Origin: Mobula hypostoma
Taxonomy: Eukaryota
DNA: 64,000 nt
NCBI RefSeq assembly: GCF_963921235.1
Contig: NC_086108.1
Coordinates: 39,806,001-39,870,000, forward strand
Reading direction: 5' to 3'
The notes beneath the pieces were generated by a model, which did not search any database, was not told the origin of the DNA, and saw only the letters and a list, made by a program, of their open reading frames with translations. Positions 63,214 to 64,000 of the stretch are shown piece after piece (the stretch's first letter is position 1; every line of letters begins with the position of its first letter). Both the position numbers and the translations under genes were made by a program.

Positions 63214-64000
63214 TGTGATGGGGTCCTGAATTACCCCTATGAACTGTGCTTTTGAAAAGAGAGAGAGAGAGAGAGAGTTGTTCAACACCAGACACCTTGT
63301 TATTAAGAGAAAAAGAAGCAAAGACTACTTGGATATGGTGTTATGTTTTCTCTGCAGCATGTTTACACTTCTGCAAGGACACTGGCAGCTTAAGTTCTTG
63401 CAGAGAGAGAAGGGAGGAGCTACTTGATGGACAGCTGGTGTTCAGCATGGTGAGATAAATAGAAGGTCAGATGATAGACAGACAGACACATGGTTTTGGA
63501 CACAGGCTGAGCTTTGTTGTGCCCACGTGAAAAGATGGGTTTTGGAGGATTGATTAAGCAGATCGATCAGTGGCTGTCGCAGTGTGAAAAGGGTGAGACC
63601 GGTGGGGAGTTATTTGTGTGTGCGACCCTCGCATGGGTTGATAATTCCACCACAGAAGAATGGTTCTCTTTGTTGTGTCACAGTCGGTGACTTCTAAAGG
63701 ATTTCAGAGGACAACGAGAAGATCGACAGCGTCAACTCACCTGAGGACTCAAACCTCTCTCTCTTCATCACTACTCAGCTCAATACCACGAACTGAACTG
63801 AACTTTACTCATCATCGTACGACTATCTGTTTACTCCTAGACTTGAAGAAGCTTGGTTTTCATATATTTCCACACTTATACATATCTAATCATTGCTAAC
63901 CTGTTTCATATATCTGATTTTATATTACTGTATTGCATAGTTACTAAAAAAATACCATTAGTTAATAGCAATACTCGACTCCAAAATGTTTTACATTTCT
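63214..64000 (+). mobile_element. LTR-like sequence running off the window end
   Basis: Abrupt compositional change starting TGTGATGGGG; (GA)n and (CT)n tracts; 3' end and TSD not visible. Confidence 0.6.

Noticed and set aside
1..64000. Prokaryotic-type system (retron, CRISPR, DGR, defence operon) suggested by the many RT ORFs
   Set aside because: All RT fragments carry CR1, Rex1, RTE, L1, R4 or Penelope motifs, often with tails or TSDs, inside a spliced vertebrate gene. Most other short ORFs are antisense shadows or chance.

Overview
Eukaryotic (vertebrate) genomic DNA, most likely from a cartilaginous fish; this is inferred from the repeat spectrum (CR1 with (CTATGTTT)n tails, Rex1/Babar, HE1/V-SINE-like and DeuSINE-like SINEs, Penelope-like elements). 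The window holds the 5' part of a NEK7-like (NEK6/7 family) kinase gene on the + strand, with three coding exons at 12404-12466, 60816-60956 and 62540-62602. A ~48 kb intron between the first two is filled with nested retroelements (CR1, Rex1/Babar, RTE, L1, R4/Dong, Penelope, Gypsy) and DNA transposons (Tc1, Tigger-like). Notable non-routine items: (1) a 339-bp element with 58-bp terminal inverted repeats, TG..CA ends and a 4-bp TSD, built from Gypsy pol-like fragments; (2) an antisense collagen-VI-type vWA pseudo-exon that keeps its splice sites, plus a second remnant; (3) a candidate alternative N-terminal exon of the kinase; (4) an intact minimal hammerhead ribozyme motif in a Penelope fragment; (5) several locally templated insertions and fold-backs. 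Family assignments come from motif recognition by eye, and boundaries of degraded repeats are approximate.
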